From positions 5,056,001-5,120,000 of the forward strand of contig OZ241867.1 in the NCBI GenBank assembly GCA_965203175.1: a DNA stretch of 64,000 nt, written 5' to 3'. The translations under genes and the position numbers were made by a program. Positions 46,805 to 58,840 of the stretch are shown in pieces. Numbering within the stretch: the first letter of the stretch is position 1; each line of letters opens with the position of its first letter. Source of the DNA: Candidatus Latescibacterota bacterium. GTDB taxonomy: Bacteria; Latescibacterota; UBA2968; UBA8231. The notes beneath the pieces are model-generated. The model made no database searches and was not told where the DNA came from. It worked only from the letters and a program-made list of their open reading frames with translations.

Positions 46805-47050
46805 TCAGCCAGCGTGAGAATCGATATGCTCGATCAAGCCTTGGACGCTGTTAATATTCGCACAGTCTTCGGGAGAAAACGCAACGTTGAACTCCCGAGA
46901 GACCAATCTCCCGAACGCAACGAGCTCCATAGAGGATACACCAGCCTCAAGGAGACTGGCATTCAGATCCTCGGGCAGATTTATTGGCTGCCCATCTACT
47001 TCGAGGTTTTCGGCGATGAGTTTTCCGAGACGTTCTGCTGTTGAGGCCAT
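46805..47050 (-). CDS. supB: Stand-alone acyl carrier protein
   Basis: 81-aa acidic protein with L.EAGVSSMELV (Ppant Ser), located between the PKS and the PPTase. Confidence 0.75.
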   Translation of the reverse strand: MASTAERLGKLIAENLEVDGQPINLPEDLNASLLEAGVSSMELVAFGRLVSREFNVAFSPEDCANINSVQGLIEHIDSHAG

Positions 47051-47133
47051 GTTCGCAATCCTTTCGCAATGGTTGATGGCTTAAAACTACGGGCAAAATA
47101 GCAAGAGAGGCACATTGCGTCAATCCACTGTAC

Positions 47134-50100
47134 TCAACGCCCCGCGCTCAAAGTTGGCCGCGCTTCAATCCAGTGGCGGCGGCGCTGGAACGGATAGCTC
47201 GGCAGCGAAATTCGGCAGCGCGTCTCCCCAGCGAACAACCCCGCAAAGGAAACCGCCAGTCCCGCCTCGTACGCGCCTGCAACCGCCGCCACGAAGCCAT
47301 TGTCTCCCTGCGAGGCTCCCACCAAGCTGGACAATACGACCGGCATTCCAGCACCGTCGGACGAAGCTATCTTCGGACCCAGCACCGCGTCTGGGCCAAT
47401 CTCCACGACGACCTGCACACCTAGCTCGGCCAGCGCCTCCACGCAGCGGTCGAACGCTACCGACTCACGCGCCTGCCGCTGCCAGTACGCCTCGTCGAGC
47501 GCATCCCCCGATTCCACTAATCGGCCCGTCACGCTGCTAACTAAGGTGAGCGCCGGTGGCGCAACCTTAATGCCTTCCAGATCCTCCTCCGCACCCCGCG
47601 CCACCGCAAGCCGCAACCCTTCCTCCAAACCAAACACCCCCGCGGCCTGCGCTGCCGCCAGTTCCCCGAGACCCTGCCCAACTACCGCGCTCGGCCGAAT
47701 CCCCACGCTCGACCACAGCGCCGTAAGCGCGCACTCCAGTGCGTACATGGCCGGCTGCGTCCACGCCGGGTCGTCCAAAGCTCCCGCCGAATCGGCCCGG
47801 CCAAACATCGCGTCCAACAGCGACGCGCCCCGTTCTTCCCGCAGTATCGCGTCGCAGCGGTCGAGAACCGCCCGCACCACCGGCTCGCATTCGTACAGCG
47901 CCTGCCCCATGCCGACCCATTGGCTACCCTCTCCGGTGTACGCAAACGCCACCTTGGTCGCCGCCATCGGCTGCGGCCGCTCCTCCACCTCCGCCAGCAT
48001 CTTCAGCCCGTCCCGCAGCGACGCGACATCGCCGAACACCACGCCGGCTCGGTAGTCGAAATGACTCCGACCCACGCCGGCCGTCCACGCCATGTCGGCA
48101 AGCATGGTTTCGGCGGTCCCTTCGGAAGAAAGCTCCGCGCTGCGCTCGTCAAGCCAGCTAGAATACTGCCGCGCAAGGTCCCGAAGGGCACCGTCCTCCT
48201 TCCCCGACAGCGGCAGGAACCGCATCCCGCGTCCCGTGAATCCTTCCTCCGACAGCGGCAGATCCGCCACCGGCTCAGGTAGAGAAGCGACTATGGGTTG
48301 CGCCGAGCCCGCCGGCAGGGCGGCCCCGTCGGCTGCTTCGTACCCTTCCACTACAACGTGGGCGTTCGTTCCCGATACCCCGAAGGCGCTGACCGCGGCC
48401 TTCGGCGGCCGGTCGGGACGAAGAGGCCAGTCCGTGTCCTCGGCAGTCACCCGCACAGGGAGCCGCTCCCAGTCCAAGTGCGGGTTCGGATCCCGAAAGT
48501 GCAGTTGCCGCGGAATCAGCCCTCGCTTCATCGCCAGCACCGTCTTGATCAGGCCGGCAACTCCGGCTGCCGTCTCCAGATGCCCGATGTTGGTCTTCAC
48601 GGAGCCGATCAGCAGGGGGCGGTCCTCTTCGCGTCCCCGGCCGTAAACTGCCGCGGCGGCCTGCACCTCGATCGGGTCCCCCAGCGCGGACCCGGCCCCG
48701 TGTGCTTCCAGGTAGTCCACTTCAGAGGGCGGAACTCCCGCCCGCGACAGCGCCTGCTCGATCACCCGCTCCTGCGCCGGACCATTCGGCACGGTCGGGC
48801 CTGCGGTCGCCCCGTTCTGGTTGACGGCCGATCCGCGGATCAACCCCCAGATGCGGTCGCCGGCCGCCTCGGCATCCCCCAGCCGCCTGAGGACGACCAT
48901 CCCGCAGCCTTCACCCCGGACGAAACCATCCGCGGAGGCATCGAAGGTATTGCACCGACCCCCGGGCGACAGCATCCCCAGCTCCGCCATCTCCCTAGTC
49001 AGCCCGGGGGACAGAACCGCGTTCACCCCTCCAACCAAGGCCAGGTCCACTTCGCCCTGCCGCAAAGCTGTCACAGCCTGATGTACGGCGACCAGTGAGG
49101 AAGCACAGTTCAGCTCCACCGGCATCGTCGGCCCCTCCAGACCCAGCACGAAGGAAACTCGCCCAACCGTCATGCTCCCCGCGGTACCCAGGTAGCTGAC
49201 GTCACACTCTCCGGCCGTCATCAGGTCCCGGTACTCGCTGGTGGCGACACCGGCATACACCCCGGTGCGGCTACCCCTCAATCCGTCCGCCTCGATCCCC
49301 GCATCCTCCAGAGCCTGCCAGCTCGTTTCCAAGAGGAGCCGCTGTTGCGGGTCCATGCCTCGCGCCTCGATCGGGGCAATCCGAAAGAACCTCCCGTCGA
49401 ATTGATCGATCCCTTCCACAAACCCGCCCCGGCGGTACGGGGCGTACTCGCCGGAAAGTTCTGCAGCGCTCCCAGAACCAGAATTCCATCGTCCGTCGGT
49501 CACTGCTTCCGCGCCGGCTTCGAGCTGGCGCCAGAACGCCGGGAGATCCGGCGCGCCAGGGAAGCGGCACGCCATGCCGACGATGGCGATACCGTCGTCC
49601 TCGCGCTGCACCGCCGACGGCTGCTCCGGTTGCTCCGGTTGCGTCTGGACGGCTGGGGTACCGCTGACGTCACCGAGCTCACCGGCCAAGTGACGAGCAA
49701 GTGCGGCGATGTCAGGGTAGTCGAACACCACAGTGTTCGATGCCACGTACTCCCCGGAGAACGCCCGATTCAGCCGATTCCGCAGTTCCACCGCCATCAG
49801 CGAGTCGATCCCCAGATCGAAGAAGCCCACCGCGGGCTCGGGTGCCGCCGGCAGCCTCAACACCGCCTGCACTTCCTGCTGCAGGAAGGAAACGAGCAAC
49901 TCTTCGCGCGCCTCCGCCGGTGCGGCCCCCAGTTGGGAAAGCAGATCTTCCGCTGTGCCTAGAGAGTCCGCCGAGGCATCCTCGGCCGCTGGCAGCAGGT
50001 CTTCGAACAGGGATGGACGGCCCTCAATGGCCTCTCCGAATACGGACCAGTCCGCCGCCAGAACGACCGCGGTCGTGGGATCCTCGCGCAGCAACCGGTC

Positions 50101-53100
50101 GAACACGCTGAGGCCCTGTTCCGGGCTGAACCAGCCGGTACCGGCGGCCTCCCGCCGCTGGGCAATCCGCTCCCGCTGCTCCTCGGCCTCACCGAGTCCA
50201 GACCATGCTCCCCAAGCGATGGCCTGTCCGGGAAGCCCCAGCGCGCGCCGGTGGGCGGCGAGTTGATCGAGGAAGGCGTTGGCCGCCGCGTGGTTCGCCT
50301 GGCCCGGATTGCCCAAAATCCCGGCCACGCTCGAGAACAGAACAAAGAGGTCCAGGTCGCAGTCGGCGGTCGCCCGGTGCAGATGCCAGGCACCGAGGAC
50401 CTTCGGCCACACAACCTGCTCGAACCGCTCCCAGTCCTGATTGGCCAGTGAAGCATCCGCCAGCACGCCCACGCTGTGGATTACGCCTCCAAGCGGCGGC
50501 AACTCCCCTTTAATCCGCTCGAGCATTCCGTCCACCGCGTCGGCATCTGTCACATCGGCCAGTTCCACCTGCACCGTGACTCCGCGTTCCTTGAGCGCGC
50601 CGATCGTTTCCTCCACGGCCGCGTCTGGAGCCCGCCGACCGTTCAATACGATCGCCCCCGCTCCCCGCTCTGCCAGCCAGCCAGCCAGGGCGCACCCGAT
50701 CCCGCCCAAGCCGCCGGTCACCAAGTAGGTTCGGTCCTGCCGCAGCCGACCCTCCACGAGCGATGGTGCGGTAAGTACGATCTTGCCAATGTGCCGGGCA
50801 TCGCGCATGAATTCCATCGCGGCTCCCGCCTCGGCCAGTGGCCACCTGCTGTGGATCAGGGGCTTCAACTCTCCGGCCCCCAGTTGTTCCATCACGTTCC
50901 GGAGCGCCGCTCCCGGTCGCTCTGGGTCTTGTTCCTTCAGGACATCCAACTCCAAGATGGAGTAGCCCACGTCTGGCCGCGCAGCCGCCATTTCCTCCTC
51001 GCTCAGGATGTCGCGCCTGGCCAATTCCACGAATCGACCGCCGTGCCTGAGGCAGGACAGACTCGCTTCGATGAAGCCCTCTCCTGTAAGGCTGTTCAGC
51101 ACCACGTCCACACCCGCGCCGTCCGTGGCTTCGAGGATCTCCCTGCCGAAGTTCGTCGTGCGGCTGTCGAAAATGTGTTTCACGCCGAGCGATCGGAGAT
51201 ACGCCTGTTTCGGCGCGCTCGCGGTGGCAAAAACCTCCGCGCCGGCGACCTGCGCCAACTGGACAGCCGCGAGCCCGACGCCTCCCGCGGCCGCGTGAAT
51301 GAGCACCCCTTCGCCGGCCTTCAGCCCTGCAAGATCAAAGGACAGCGCCGCGGTCACGAACACGGTGGGCATTGTGGCGAGGGCAGCGACCGGAATCCCC
51401 GCAGGCGCGAGCGCCACCAGTTCCTCCCTCGTCACCACTTCCGGTCCGAATGTGCCGAATGCCAGGCCGACCACGCGGTCGCCCACGGAGACGGTGGAGG
51501 TCTCGGAACCGACCTCGACGATCCGGCCGCACATCTCCTCGCCCATCAGGCCTTCACCGACTAGGCCCATGCCCCGAAACACGTCGAGGAAGTTCAGCCC
51601 GCGGGCTTCGACCGCGACGCGAACTTCCTTCGGCTCCAAGGAACGCGCTGGCAACGGCTTGACTTGAAGCTCTCCTAGGGAGCCGCCGGCGTCTGGTGCC
51701 AACAGCCAGTCCGACCCCTCCGGCAAGGCAAGGTGCGCCGAGGCCCGAACCAGGCGGGCCACCCGGCGGTGCCCGGCCCGGTACGCGATTTGCGTCTCCG
51801 GGTCGGGAAACAGCAATTCCTCCGAGAAGTCGGCCGGCAGCTCCGTCTCCTCGGGGTCGAGATCGATCATCTTCGGATTCATCTGCGCCGCTTCCCTAAC
51901 CACCACCCTGCCGAAACCCCACAACGTCGCACCGGCGAGCTGCCCTGCGCGCTCCCGTTCCAGAACCTGCGCGCCCTGCGTGACGAACCACATGCCCTTC
52001 GCGGGGGTCAGATCGGCATCGATCACGCCCTGCGTCAGCGCCAGCGCGCTCGCCGCCGCTCGTCTCGCATCCTCTCCCATTTCCTCCGCAGTCGCCCGTG
52101 CCCCGTGACCGTCCAGCGCCGCAAGATGGACTATACCACCGAGCGGCACATCGCCGGGCAGCTCATCCAGAAGGATCCGCCACGACTCGCGCTGATCCAT
52201 CTCCACGGCTCTTCTGACGACTCCGGTCGCGTCGTGCGCGGATCCCCCGTTCCCCGGCGATTCCCCGCCCGCCAGCACGACCGTCTGGTTCCGCGCCGCG
52301 AGTTGATCCGCCAGCGCCGTCGCCACACCGCCCTGGTCCGATGCGAGAACCCATGCGGCCGGCGGCAGGACCACCTCCACCGGTCCCTGCGCCACGATCA
52401 CGCCCCGGTCGGGCAACCCAGCGGACTCGGACTCATCGACTCCGAGGATTTGGACATCGCCGAAACCCACGTCGCCGAGCGCTTGCCGCCACACGTCGGG
52501 CCCTGCCAAGGCGTGGTCCGAGCGGTAGCGATCGGCGAATCGCCACCAGCCGTCGAGTTGTCCGAAAATCAGATCCATCCAACCTCTGCCACGCTGGTTC
52601 TCCAGCGCCACGAGCTGTCCCGCCGGTGCCAGCAGCTCCCGGCAGTGCATCAGCGTCTCGTCGAGATACTGCGTCGCATGCAGCACGTTAGCGGCAATCA
52701 CCAAGTCATAACCGTGGGAGTCAAAGCCCTGAGCCTCCGGATCCTTCTCTATATCCAAGACGCGGTATTCGATCGGCACATCCGCTTGGCTGAAACGCCC
52801 CTCCGCGTCCGCGAAGAAGCCCGCGGAGATGTCGGTGTACGTGTAGTCGAACTGCCTAGCCGGAAATCCGGGCAGGATGCACTCGGTCGCCGACCCGATG
52901 CCCGCGCCAACCTCTAGCACCCTGAGCCGCCGTCCGTCGGGCAACCCGGCCGCGATATTCTGCACCACCTCTCCCAACATCTGGTTCGCGGCTTTCCACA
53001 CCGGTGCCCTCCGATACAGGTCGGCAGCCTGCGGTTCCGCGTCACCGAACAGCAGCGACAGCGGATCCTCACGGCCGCGAAGTACCTCCACCAGCGCCCC

Positions 53101-56100
53101 GGCGCATCGCCGGAAGAGCCCGATCTCGTTCGTACCGTGCGAGTAACGTCCGCTCATGCCGGTGGCATACTCCTCGGGATCTTGCGGCATTGTTTCCGGC
53201 AACGGATCTTCCGCCCCGACCGCCACCACGAAGCCCTCGCCCGTCGCCTCCAGCACGCCCGACCTGGCCAGTATTTCGAGAATCCGGCGGAACAACTGCG
53301 AGTGGATCGGCAAGACCTCCAGGTCCTGCCGCAAGCCCTCAGAGTCCACGGCGGTGCCCGTCCTGCGCTGCCAACCCAGCTTTTCCAGGGTCGAGAGCGC
53401 ATAGGACCACGCCAGCCGCTCCAGGTCGGCTTGCAGATCGGCCTCTTCTTCGACTCCGACTCCTTCGGTGGTTAGGTAGCGGGAGAAAGGTTCCGAGAGA
53501 GGAACCATGTCTGACGGGCTTGTGAGGAAATCGGCGGACGGCATTCCCGGCGCAAGGACGCCGTCCCGCCACACCACCTCGTACAGGAGTTCGTCCAGCC
53601 CTTCCACTGCCGAGAGCATCGCCTCCCGGGTCGCCCGCTTCACTGCGTATCCGCTCAACTCACCGACCAGAACCCCGTTCGAATCGTAAATGCCCAGATC
53701 TCCGGCCAAAACCTCCGACGGCTCGTCCGCTTCTTCCCCTCGTGGATCCTCCCTCAGACGCACGTGGCAAATCAGCCGATCCGGTAGCCGGTCCTGCAGC
53801 CACAGCCGTTCCCAAGCGAACGGCAGATAGGTGATTCCGCCTTCGATTTTGCCCGAATTGCGCGCCGCAGCCAGAACCTGAAAACAACCGTCTAGCAGCA
53901 GCGGATGTACATCGAGTTCGCTAGGCCCAAGCGCTTCTGGGAAAGACACTTCACCCAACGCCTCGCCCGGCCGGGACCAAACCGCGGCCAGCGTGCGGAA
54001 TCGCGGACCGAGATCGATACCCACCTCGGCCTTGGCGCGGTAGAAAGCCGGCACATCCACCGGTGACAGGCTGGCCTTGAGACTTTCTATATCCAAGCGC
54101 GGTTCGGCTTCCGGGCCTCGGGAGTCCGCCGCGATCTGAGCCTCGGCGTGCAGCGTCCATTCCTCCCCATCCTCTCCTCTGCTGAGGATCTGCACTCGAC
54201 GCGACGCCCCCTCCTCGGAGCGGTCGAGCAAAACCTGCACCTTCCGGCCTTCTTCGCCGCTCCCGTCTTCCTCCTCCGAAAAGATCAGCGGATTGTGCAG
54301 TTGCATGTCCTCCACTGCCAGCGAGCCAGCCTCGGCCGCGGATGCCAATGTCGCCATGGCTCCGTAGAGCGCCCCCGGCACCACGAGCCGGCCGAACACC
54401 CGGTGATCGTTCAGCCACTCCGGATCCGCGGGAAACACTTCCGTCTCAAAGGTGATCTCCCCGCTGGCGGATTCGTGCCGGTCTCCGAGCAACGGGTGGC
54501 CAGTGCTCGTCCGCCGCCGCTTCGGTGCCTCAATCCAGTGACGCCGGCGCTGGAACGGATAATCCGGCAGTGCCACCCGGCGTCGGGTCTCCCCAGCGAA
54601 CAACCCGGCAAAGGACAGCGCAAGACCCGCCTCGTATGCTCCTGCGACCGCCTCGCTAAACGCGCGATCCGCTTCTTCTTGCGACACCCTAGACGAGGGG
54701 CGCAACTGGCTCGACAGCGCAACTGGCGGCCCGCTGCCATCGCCCGAGCTCGGCCACGCCAAGGTCGCCATCGAACCCAGCACTGCGTGCGGCCCAACCT
54801 CAATGATCAGATCAATACCCAACTCCACCAGCGTCTCCATGCTCGGAGCAAACGCCACCGGCTCCCGCGTGTGCTTGCACCAATACGCACCATCCAGCAG
54901 TCCATCCGATTCCAACACCCGCCCCGTCACATTGCTCACCAGCGTCAGCGACGGAGGCGCAATCTCCATCTCTGCGACTACAGCTTCCAACCCGTCCAAC
55001 ATTGGCTCCACCAACGGACTGTGGAAGGCATTGTTGGTGTGCAAGCGGTTGACCCGAATGTCCTCCGCGAGAAAGCGCTCCTCAATCGCCGCCACTTCTT
55101 CCTCCGGGCCGCTCACGACCTGATGCGCCCCATTGTAGGCCGCAATGCTCAGCCCCACCCCTGTGGACGCAGCGTTCAACTCATCAATCGCCGCTTCTAC
55201 TTGCGGCACGTCCGCAAAAATCGCCGCCATAGCCCCTTGCGGCAGTTTGGCCGTCAGTTCGCCTCTCGCCGAGGCAAACCGCACCCCTTCCTCCAAGCCA
55301 AACACCCCCGCCGCTTGCGCCGCCGCCAGTTCCCCAAGACTGTGTCCAAGCACTGCGCTGGGACGAACACCCACGCTCTCCCACAGCGCCGTCAGCGCGC
55401 ACTCCAGCGCAAAAATGGCCGGCTGCGTCCACTCCTGATCTGACAAATCACCGGCCCGACCAAACATCACATCGAGCAACGAGACGCCGCGGTCTTCCCG
55501 CAACGCGGCATCGCAGCGATCCAGCACCGCCCGCACCACCGGCTCGCTGCGGTACAGCTTCTCGCCCATGCCGACCCAATGGCTGCCCTGCCCGGTATAT
55601 ACAAACGCCACTTTGGACGGCGCGGGCGGGGCCGGTCCTGCGCCTGCTTCTACAATCGCACTCAGCCCCTCGCGCAGGGACTCTACATCGCCGAACACGA
55701 CACCGGCCCGGTGCGCGAAGTGACTGCGTCCGACGCCGGCGGTCCAGGCCATGTCCGCAAGCACCGTCTGCGAAGAAAGCTCCCCGGCGCGCTCGTCGAG
55801 CCACGACAGGTACCGCCCTGCCAGATCCCTGAGCGCCTGATCCGATCTGCCCGACAGCGGCAGGAACCGGGTCTCCCGCGGACCGGACTCTCCCTCCGAC
55901 AACGGCAGGCCGGCGAGCGTCTCGGGAAGAGAAACCGCAACCTGCAGACCGGAACCCTCGGGCGAGTGCCTCTCACCGCCCACGGTGGAATCGCCATCTG
56001 GAGTTCCGTACCCCTCCACCACGACGTGCGCATTCGTGCCCGACCACCCAAACCCGCTCACGCCCGCAGTCGGGGGGCGGTCGGCATGGAGCGGCCAAGT

Positions 56101-57342
56101 CATCTGCTCAGAGGTGACTCGCAGCGGCAGCCGGTCCCAGTCCATCTGCGGGTTCGGCTCGTGGAAGTGGAGGTGCTTGGGAATCACTCCCCGCTGCATC
56201 GCCAGCACCGCCTTGATCAGCGCGGCGACTCCGGCCGCGGACTCGAGGTGCCCGATGTTCGTCTTCACCGAGCCGATCAGCAGAGGACGATCCATCTCGC
56301 GTCCCTTGCCGTAAGCGGCCGCCGCGGCCTCCACTTCGATCGGGTCTCCCACCTCCGTTCCCGTGCCGTGCGCTTCGAGGTAGTCCACATCCGTAGACAG
56401 GACCCCCGCACGAGACAATGCCTCCCCGATCACCACCTCCTGCGCGGCCGCACTCGGCACTGTCAGCCCCGGGGTCGCCCCATCCTGGTTGACCGCCGAG
56501 CCGCGGATCACCCCCCAGATGCGGTCGCCGTCCGCCTCCGCCTGACGCAGGTGCTTGAGGACCACGATTCCACAGCCTTCACCCCGCACGTACCCGTTTG
56601 CCGCGGCGTCGAAGGTCTTGCATCGCCCGTCCGGTGCCAGCATCCCAGCCTTCCCGCGCAGCTCCGAAAGCCGTCCCGACAGGATCAGGTGAACGCCCCC
56701 GGCGAGGGCGAGATCCGCTTCCCCCCGCTGCAGAGCAGATGCCGCTTGGTGTATGGCCACCAGCGATGACGAACAGGCGGTGTCCAGCGCCATCGCCGGT
56801 CCCTCCAGATCCAGTGCAAAGGCGACCCGCCCGATGGCCGTGTTGAAGGAGGTTCCGCTGACCGCATAGAGGCTAGCGGCCGGCTCAGTGATCTCCCTGC
56901 CAGCCATGATCAGACTGCGGTAATCGTGATTGCTGATCCCGGCATACACTCCGGTGCGGCTGCCTCTCAGGCGGTCGGGATCCATCCCCGCGTCCTCCAG
57001 GGCCCGCCAGCTCGTCTCCAGCATCAATCTCTGCTGCGGATCCAGCAGGTCCGCCTCGACCGGGGAAATTCGGAAGAAGGCGGCATCGAACAGGTCGATC
57101 CTGTCGAGGTAACCACCAAACCGGCAGGCCTCGCTCTGAATCTCGGGGTCCGGGAATAGCTCTCCAACGCGCCCGACCCCAGAGCCAGGAACGCCCTCTG
57201 TCACGGCGTTCTCGCCGGCTGCGAGCAGACGCCAGAACGCCGCAAGGTCCTCCGCGCCGGGGAACCGGCACGCCATCCCCACGATCGCTATCGGCTGTGT
57301 GGACGGAGAAAGCTGTTCATTGGAAGAATCGAATGGTTTCAT
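47134..57342 (-). CDS. supA: Type I iterative-type PKS, KS-AT-DH-cMT-ER-KR-ACP-KS-AT0 (Sup-type)
   Basis: KS DTACSSS/HGTGT; AT GHSLG..NAFH; [14 protein letters not shown]; [10 protein letters not shown]; [11 protein letters not shown]; KR GGLGGIG; ACP LGIDSL; KS2 ELNCASS; AT2 GQGLG. The domain order and downstream ACP-PPTase-hydrolase match the sponge-symbiont sup operon. Confidence 0.9.
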   Translation of the reverse strand: MKPFDSSNEQLSPSTQPIAIVGMACRFPGAEDLAAFWRLLAAGENAVTEGVPGSGVGRVGELFPDPEIQSEACRFGGYLDRIDLFDAAFFRISPVEADLLDPQQRLMLETSWRALEDAGMDPDRLRGSRTGVYAGISNHDYRSLIMAGREITEPAASLYAVSGTSFNTAIGRVAFALDLEGPAMALDTACSSSLVAIHQAASALQRGEADLALAGGVHLILSGRLSELRGKAGMLAPDGRCKTFDAAANGYVRGEGCGIVVLKHLRQAEADGDRIWGVIRGSAVNQDGATPGLTVPSAAAQEVVIGEALSRAGVLSTDVDYLEAHGTGTEVGDPIEVEAAAAAYGKGREMDRPLLIGSVKTNIGHLESAAGVAALIKAVLAMQRGVIPKHLHFHEPNPQMDWDRLPLRVTSEQMTWPLHADRPPTAGVSGFGWSGTNAHVVVEGYGTPDGDSTVGGERHSPEGSGLQVAVSLPETLAGLPLSEGESGPRETRFLPLSGRSDQALRDLAGRYLSWLDERAGELSSQTVLADMAWTAGVGRSHFAHRAGVVFGDVESLREGLSAIVEAGAGPAPPAPSKVAFVYTGQGSHWVGMGEKLYRSEPVVRAVLDRCDAALREDRGVSLLDVMFGRAGDLSDQEWTQPAIFALECALTALWESVGVRPSAVLGHSLGELAAAQAAGVFGLEEGVRFASARGELTAKLPQGAMAAIFADVPQVEAAIDELNAASTGVGLSIAAYNGAHQVVSGPEEEVAAIEERFLAEDIRVNRLHTNNAFHSPLVEPMLDGLEAVVAEMEIAPPSLTLVSNVTGRVLESDGLLDGAYWCKHTREPVAFAPSMETLVELGIDLIIEVGPHAVLGSMATLAWPSSGDGSGPPVALSSQLRPSSRVSQEEADRAFSEAVAGAYEAGLALSFAGLFAGETRRRVALPDYPFQRRRHWIEAPKRRRTSTGHPLLGDRHESASGEITFETEVFPADPEWLNDHRVFGRLVVPGALYGAMATLASAAEAGSLAVEDMQLHNPLIFSEEEDGSGEEGRKVQVLLDRSEEGASRRVQILSRGEDGEEWTLHAEAQIAADSRGPEAEPRLDIESLKASLSPVDVPAFYRAKAEVGIDLGPRFRTLAAVWSRPGEALGEVSFPEALGPSELDVHPLLLDGCFQVLAAARNSGKIEGGITYLPFAWERLWLQDRLPDRLICHVRLREDPRGEEADEPSEVLAGDLGIYDSNGVLVGELSGYAVKRATREAMLSAVEGLDELLYEVVWRDGVLAPGMPSADFLTSPSDMVPLSEPFSRYLTTEGVGVEEEADLQADLERLAWSYALSTLEKLGWQRRTGTAVDSEGLRQDLEVLPIHSQLFRRILEILARSGVLEATGEGFVVAVGAEDPLPETMPQDPEEYATGMSGRYSHGTNEIGLFRRCAGALVEVLRGREDPLSLLFGDAEPQAADLYRRAPVWKAANQMLGEVVQNIAAGLPDGRRLRVLEVGAGIGSATECILPGFPARQFDYTYTDISAGFFADAEGRFSQADVPIEYRVLDIEKDPEAQGFDSHGYDLVIAANVLHATQYLDETLMHCRELLAPAGQLVALENQRGRGWMDLIFGQLDGWWRFADRYRSDHALAGPDVWRQALGDVGFGDVQILGVDESESAGLPDRGVIVAQGPVEVVLPPAAWVLASDQGGVATALADQLAARNQTVVLAGGESPGNGGSAHDATGVVRRAVEMDQRESWRILLDELPGDVPLGGIVHLAALDGHGARATAEEMGEDARRAAASALALTQGVIDADLTPAKGMWFVTQGAQVLERERAGQLAGATLWGFGRVVVREAAQMNPKMIDLDPEETELPADFSEELLFPDPETQIAYRAGHRRVARLVRASAHLALPEGSDWLLAPDAGGSLGELQVKPLPARSLEPKEVRVAVEARGLNFLDVFRGMGLVGEGLMGEEMCGRIVEVGSETSTVSVGDRVVGLAFGTFGPEVVTREELVALAPAGIPVAALATMPTVFVTAALSFDLAGLKAGEGVLIHAAAGGVGLAAVQLAQVAGAEVFATASAPKQAYLRSLGVKHIFDSRTTNFGREILEATDGAGVDVVLNSLTGEGFIEASLSCLRHGGRFVELARRDILSEEEMAAARPDVGYSILELDVLKEQDPERPGAALRNVMEQLGAGELKPLIHSRWPLAEAGAAMEFMRDARHIGKIVLTAPSLVEGRLRQDRTYLVTGGLGGIGCALAGWLAERGAGAIVLNGRRAPDAAVEETIGALKERGVTVQVELADVTDADAVDGMLERIKGELPPLGGVIHSVGVLADASLANQDWERFEQVVWPKVLGAWHLHRATADCDLDLFVLFSSVAGILGNPGQANHAAANAFLDQLAAHRRALGLPGQAIAWGAWSGLGEAEEQRERIAQRREAAGTGWFSPEQGLSVFDRLLREDPTTAVVLAADWSVFGEAIEGRPSLFEDLLPAAEDASADSLGTAEDLLSQLGAAPAEAREELLVSFLQQEVQAVLRLPAAPEPAVGFFDLGIDSLMAVELRNRLNRAFSGEYVASNTVVFDYPDIAALARHLAGELGDVSGTPAVQTQPEQPEQPSAVQREDDGIAIVGMACRFPGAPDLPAFWRQLEAGAEAVTDGRWNSGSGSAAELSGEYAPYRRGGFVEGIDQFDGRFFRIAPIEARGMDPQQRLLLETSWQALEDAGIEADGLRGSRTGVYAGVATSEYRDLMTAGECDVSYLGTAGSMTVGRVSFVLGLEGPTMPVELNCASSLVAVHQAVTALRQGEVDLALVGGVNAVLSPGLTREMAELGMLSPGGRCNTFDASADGFVRGEGCGMVVLRRLGDAEAAGDRIWGLIRGSAVNQNGATAGPTVPNGPAQERVIEQALSRAGVPPSEVDYLEAHGAGSALGDPIEVQAAAAVYGRGREEDRPLLIGSVKTNIGHLETAAGVAGLIKTVLAMKRGLIPRQLHFRDPNPHLDWERLPVRVTAEDTDWPLRPDRPPKAAVSAFGVSGTNAHVVVEGYEAADGAALPAGSAQPIVASLPEPVADLPLSEEGFTGRGMRFLPLSGKEDGALRDLARQYSSWLDERSAELSSEGTAETMLADMAWTAGVGRSHFDYRAGVVFGDVASLRDGLKMLAEVEERPQPMAATKVAFAYTGEGSQWVGMGQALYECEPVVRAVLDRCDAILREERGASLLDAMFGRADSAGALDDPAWTQPAMYALECALTALWSSVGIRPSAVVGQGLGELAAAQAAGVFGLEEGLRLAVARGAEEDLEGIKVAPPALTLVSSVTGRLVESGDALDEAYWQRQARESVAFDRCVEALAELGVQVVVEIGPDAVLGPKIASSDGAGMPVVLSSLVGASQGDNGFVAAVAGAYEAGLAVSFAGLFAGETRCRISLPSYPFQRRRHWIEARPTLSAGR

Positions 57343-57583
57343 GGTGTTTGTCAGCGCATCCTTTCTTAAGGAAAGTTATATGAAGTCTCTTGCATGCAGT
57401 CCGTAATGTCCAGCAAAACGCCTCTCGTTGGCTGCACCAGCTTAGGGACGATATCGCACCTTTTCTCATTTAATGTAATAGGTACGTTGAAGCCGGTCAT
57501 CCACAATATGTGGCGGAATTGCAGCCGAAGATAGCCCGTGGTACCTTACGCCGCTGGCCAACACAATCAGGAGATATACATCA

Positions 57584-58828
57584 ATGGCTAACAGAGTATT
57601 CCACGTCGCATTGCTTGTGGCGCTCGCAGCAGGATGCGGCGAGGACAAACCGCTCGGCTTTGAGGCGGGACCGCTCGGCTCAGTCGAAGTTGACTCAGGC
57701 GCGGCCGTGCAAGTGCGCCTCATGCTGCCGCTCGCGCTCACGGGCCTGCAGAATATTTCCGAGTCGATCCAGAAGGCTATCGAGTTAGCTATCGAGGATT
57801 ACGGCCCCATTCACGGTCGCGCCGTTGCGCTCGGACAGCCGGTAGATACCATGTGTTCAAGCGACGGCGGCAGCGAGGGTGCGCGTCAAATCGCTGCCGA
57901 CCCGCAAGTGGTAGGCGTCATCGGCCCGGCGTGTTCCGAAGCGTCGGTGGGAGCCTCGCCCGTGCTCAGCGCTGCAGGACTATCGATGATCTCACCGGCG
58001 AACGCATCGCCCGATCTCACGTCGGACCTCGCGGGCAACCCAGGACCAGACTACCATCCCGGCTACTTTCGCGTGTACAGCAACGGTCTCTATCAGGCCC
58101 AAGCAGTCGCCCATTTCGCCTATGACGAGTTGGGCTTGCGGCGAATGGCGACCATCCACGACGGCGACTCGGTCACGCACGGTCTCGCCACTGCCTTCGC
58201 CAATGCCTTCAGTATGCTCGGTGGCGAAGTCGTCGCCATCGCCACGGTCAACAAGGGCGACACGGACATGAACGCCGCGCTCGCGGATTTTGCGGTGGGT
58301 GAACCGGACGGCATTTTCCTCCCGCTGTTTGCCGCCGAGGGGTACCATCTCGTCAGCCAAGCGAAGGGGTTCGACGGGTTGGAAGAGGTAACGCTCATCG
58401 CCGGTTCTGCTACGAGCACGCAGGAATTTCTCGGGCAGCCGGAATCGGAAGGGGTCTATCTCTCGGGGCACGACTCGCATTTCGGCAGCAACGTCAACCA
58501 AGTGACCGGCAAGGACGTGAATGCGCTGTCGGCCGAGTACCAAGCTGCTACCGACGCCAACTTCTTTTTTCACGCCTACGACGCCACGACGCTACTGCTC
58601 AGCGCCGTCGAATCCGTTGCCGTAGAGGAAGACGGAAAGTTATACATAGACCGCGTCGCCCTGCGCGAGGAGATCAGAGCAACAACCGGCTTTCAGGGCA
58701 TTATCGGCACACTCACCTGCGACGAGTTCGGCGACTGCGGCACCGGGCGCGTGAACATCTACTACCACGCAGATTCGGGCATCACGGACGTCGCGCAGTT
58801 GCCGATAGAGTATCGGTTCGCGCCGTAA
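57584..58828 (+). CDS. Branched-chain-amino-acid-type solute-binding lipoprotein (paralog of 41474..42793)
   Basis: Lipobox AAGC and AGGAG RBS. Shares LTSDLAGN..P.YHPGYFR and CD(D/E)FGDCGTG..NIY.H. Confidence 0.85.
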   Translation: MANRVFHVALLVALAAGCGEDKPLGFEAGPLGSVEVDSGAAVQVRLMLPLALTGLQNISESIQKAIELAIEDYGPIHGRAVALGQPVDTMCSSDGGSEGARQIAADPQVVGVIGPACSEASVGASPVLSAAGLSMISPANASPDLTSDLAGNPGPDYHPGYFRVYSNGLYQAQAVAHFAYDELGLRRMATIHDGDSVTHGLATAFANAFSMLGGEVVAIATVNKGDTDMNAALADFAVGEPDGIFLPLFAAEGYHLVSQAKGFDGLEEVTLIAGSATSTQEFLGQPESEGVYLSGHDSHFGSNVNQVTGKDVNALSAEYQAATDANFFFHAYDATTLLLSAVESVAVEEDGKLYIDRVALREEIRATTGFQGIIGTLTCDEFGDCGTGRVNIYYHADSGITDVAQLPIEYRFAP

Positions 58829-58840
58829 GTTACGACGCTC

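Noticed and set aside
47134-49600. DNA repeat between the two halves of supA as a mobile-element duplication
   Set aside because: It is explained by KS-AT domain paralogy within the PKS.
47115-57159. Many long plus-strand ORFs (up to 431 aa) opposite the PKS, and similar shadow ORFs elsewhere (e.g. 19529..20440, 22166..23164, 13967..15115)
   Set aside because: These are antisense or alternate-frame artefacts of GC-rich coding sequence, with no recognisable motifs.
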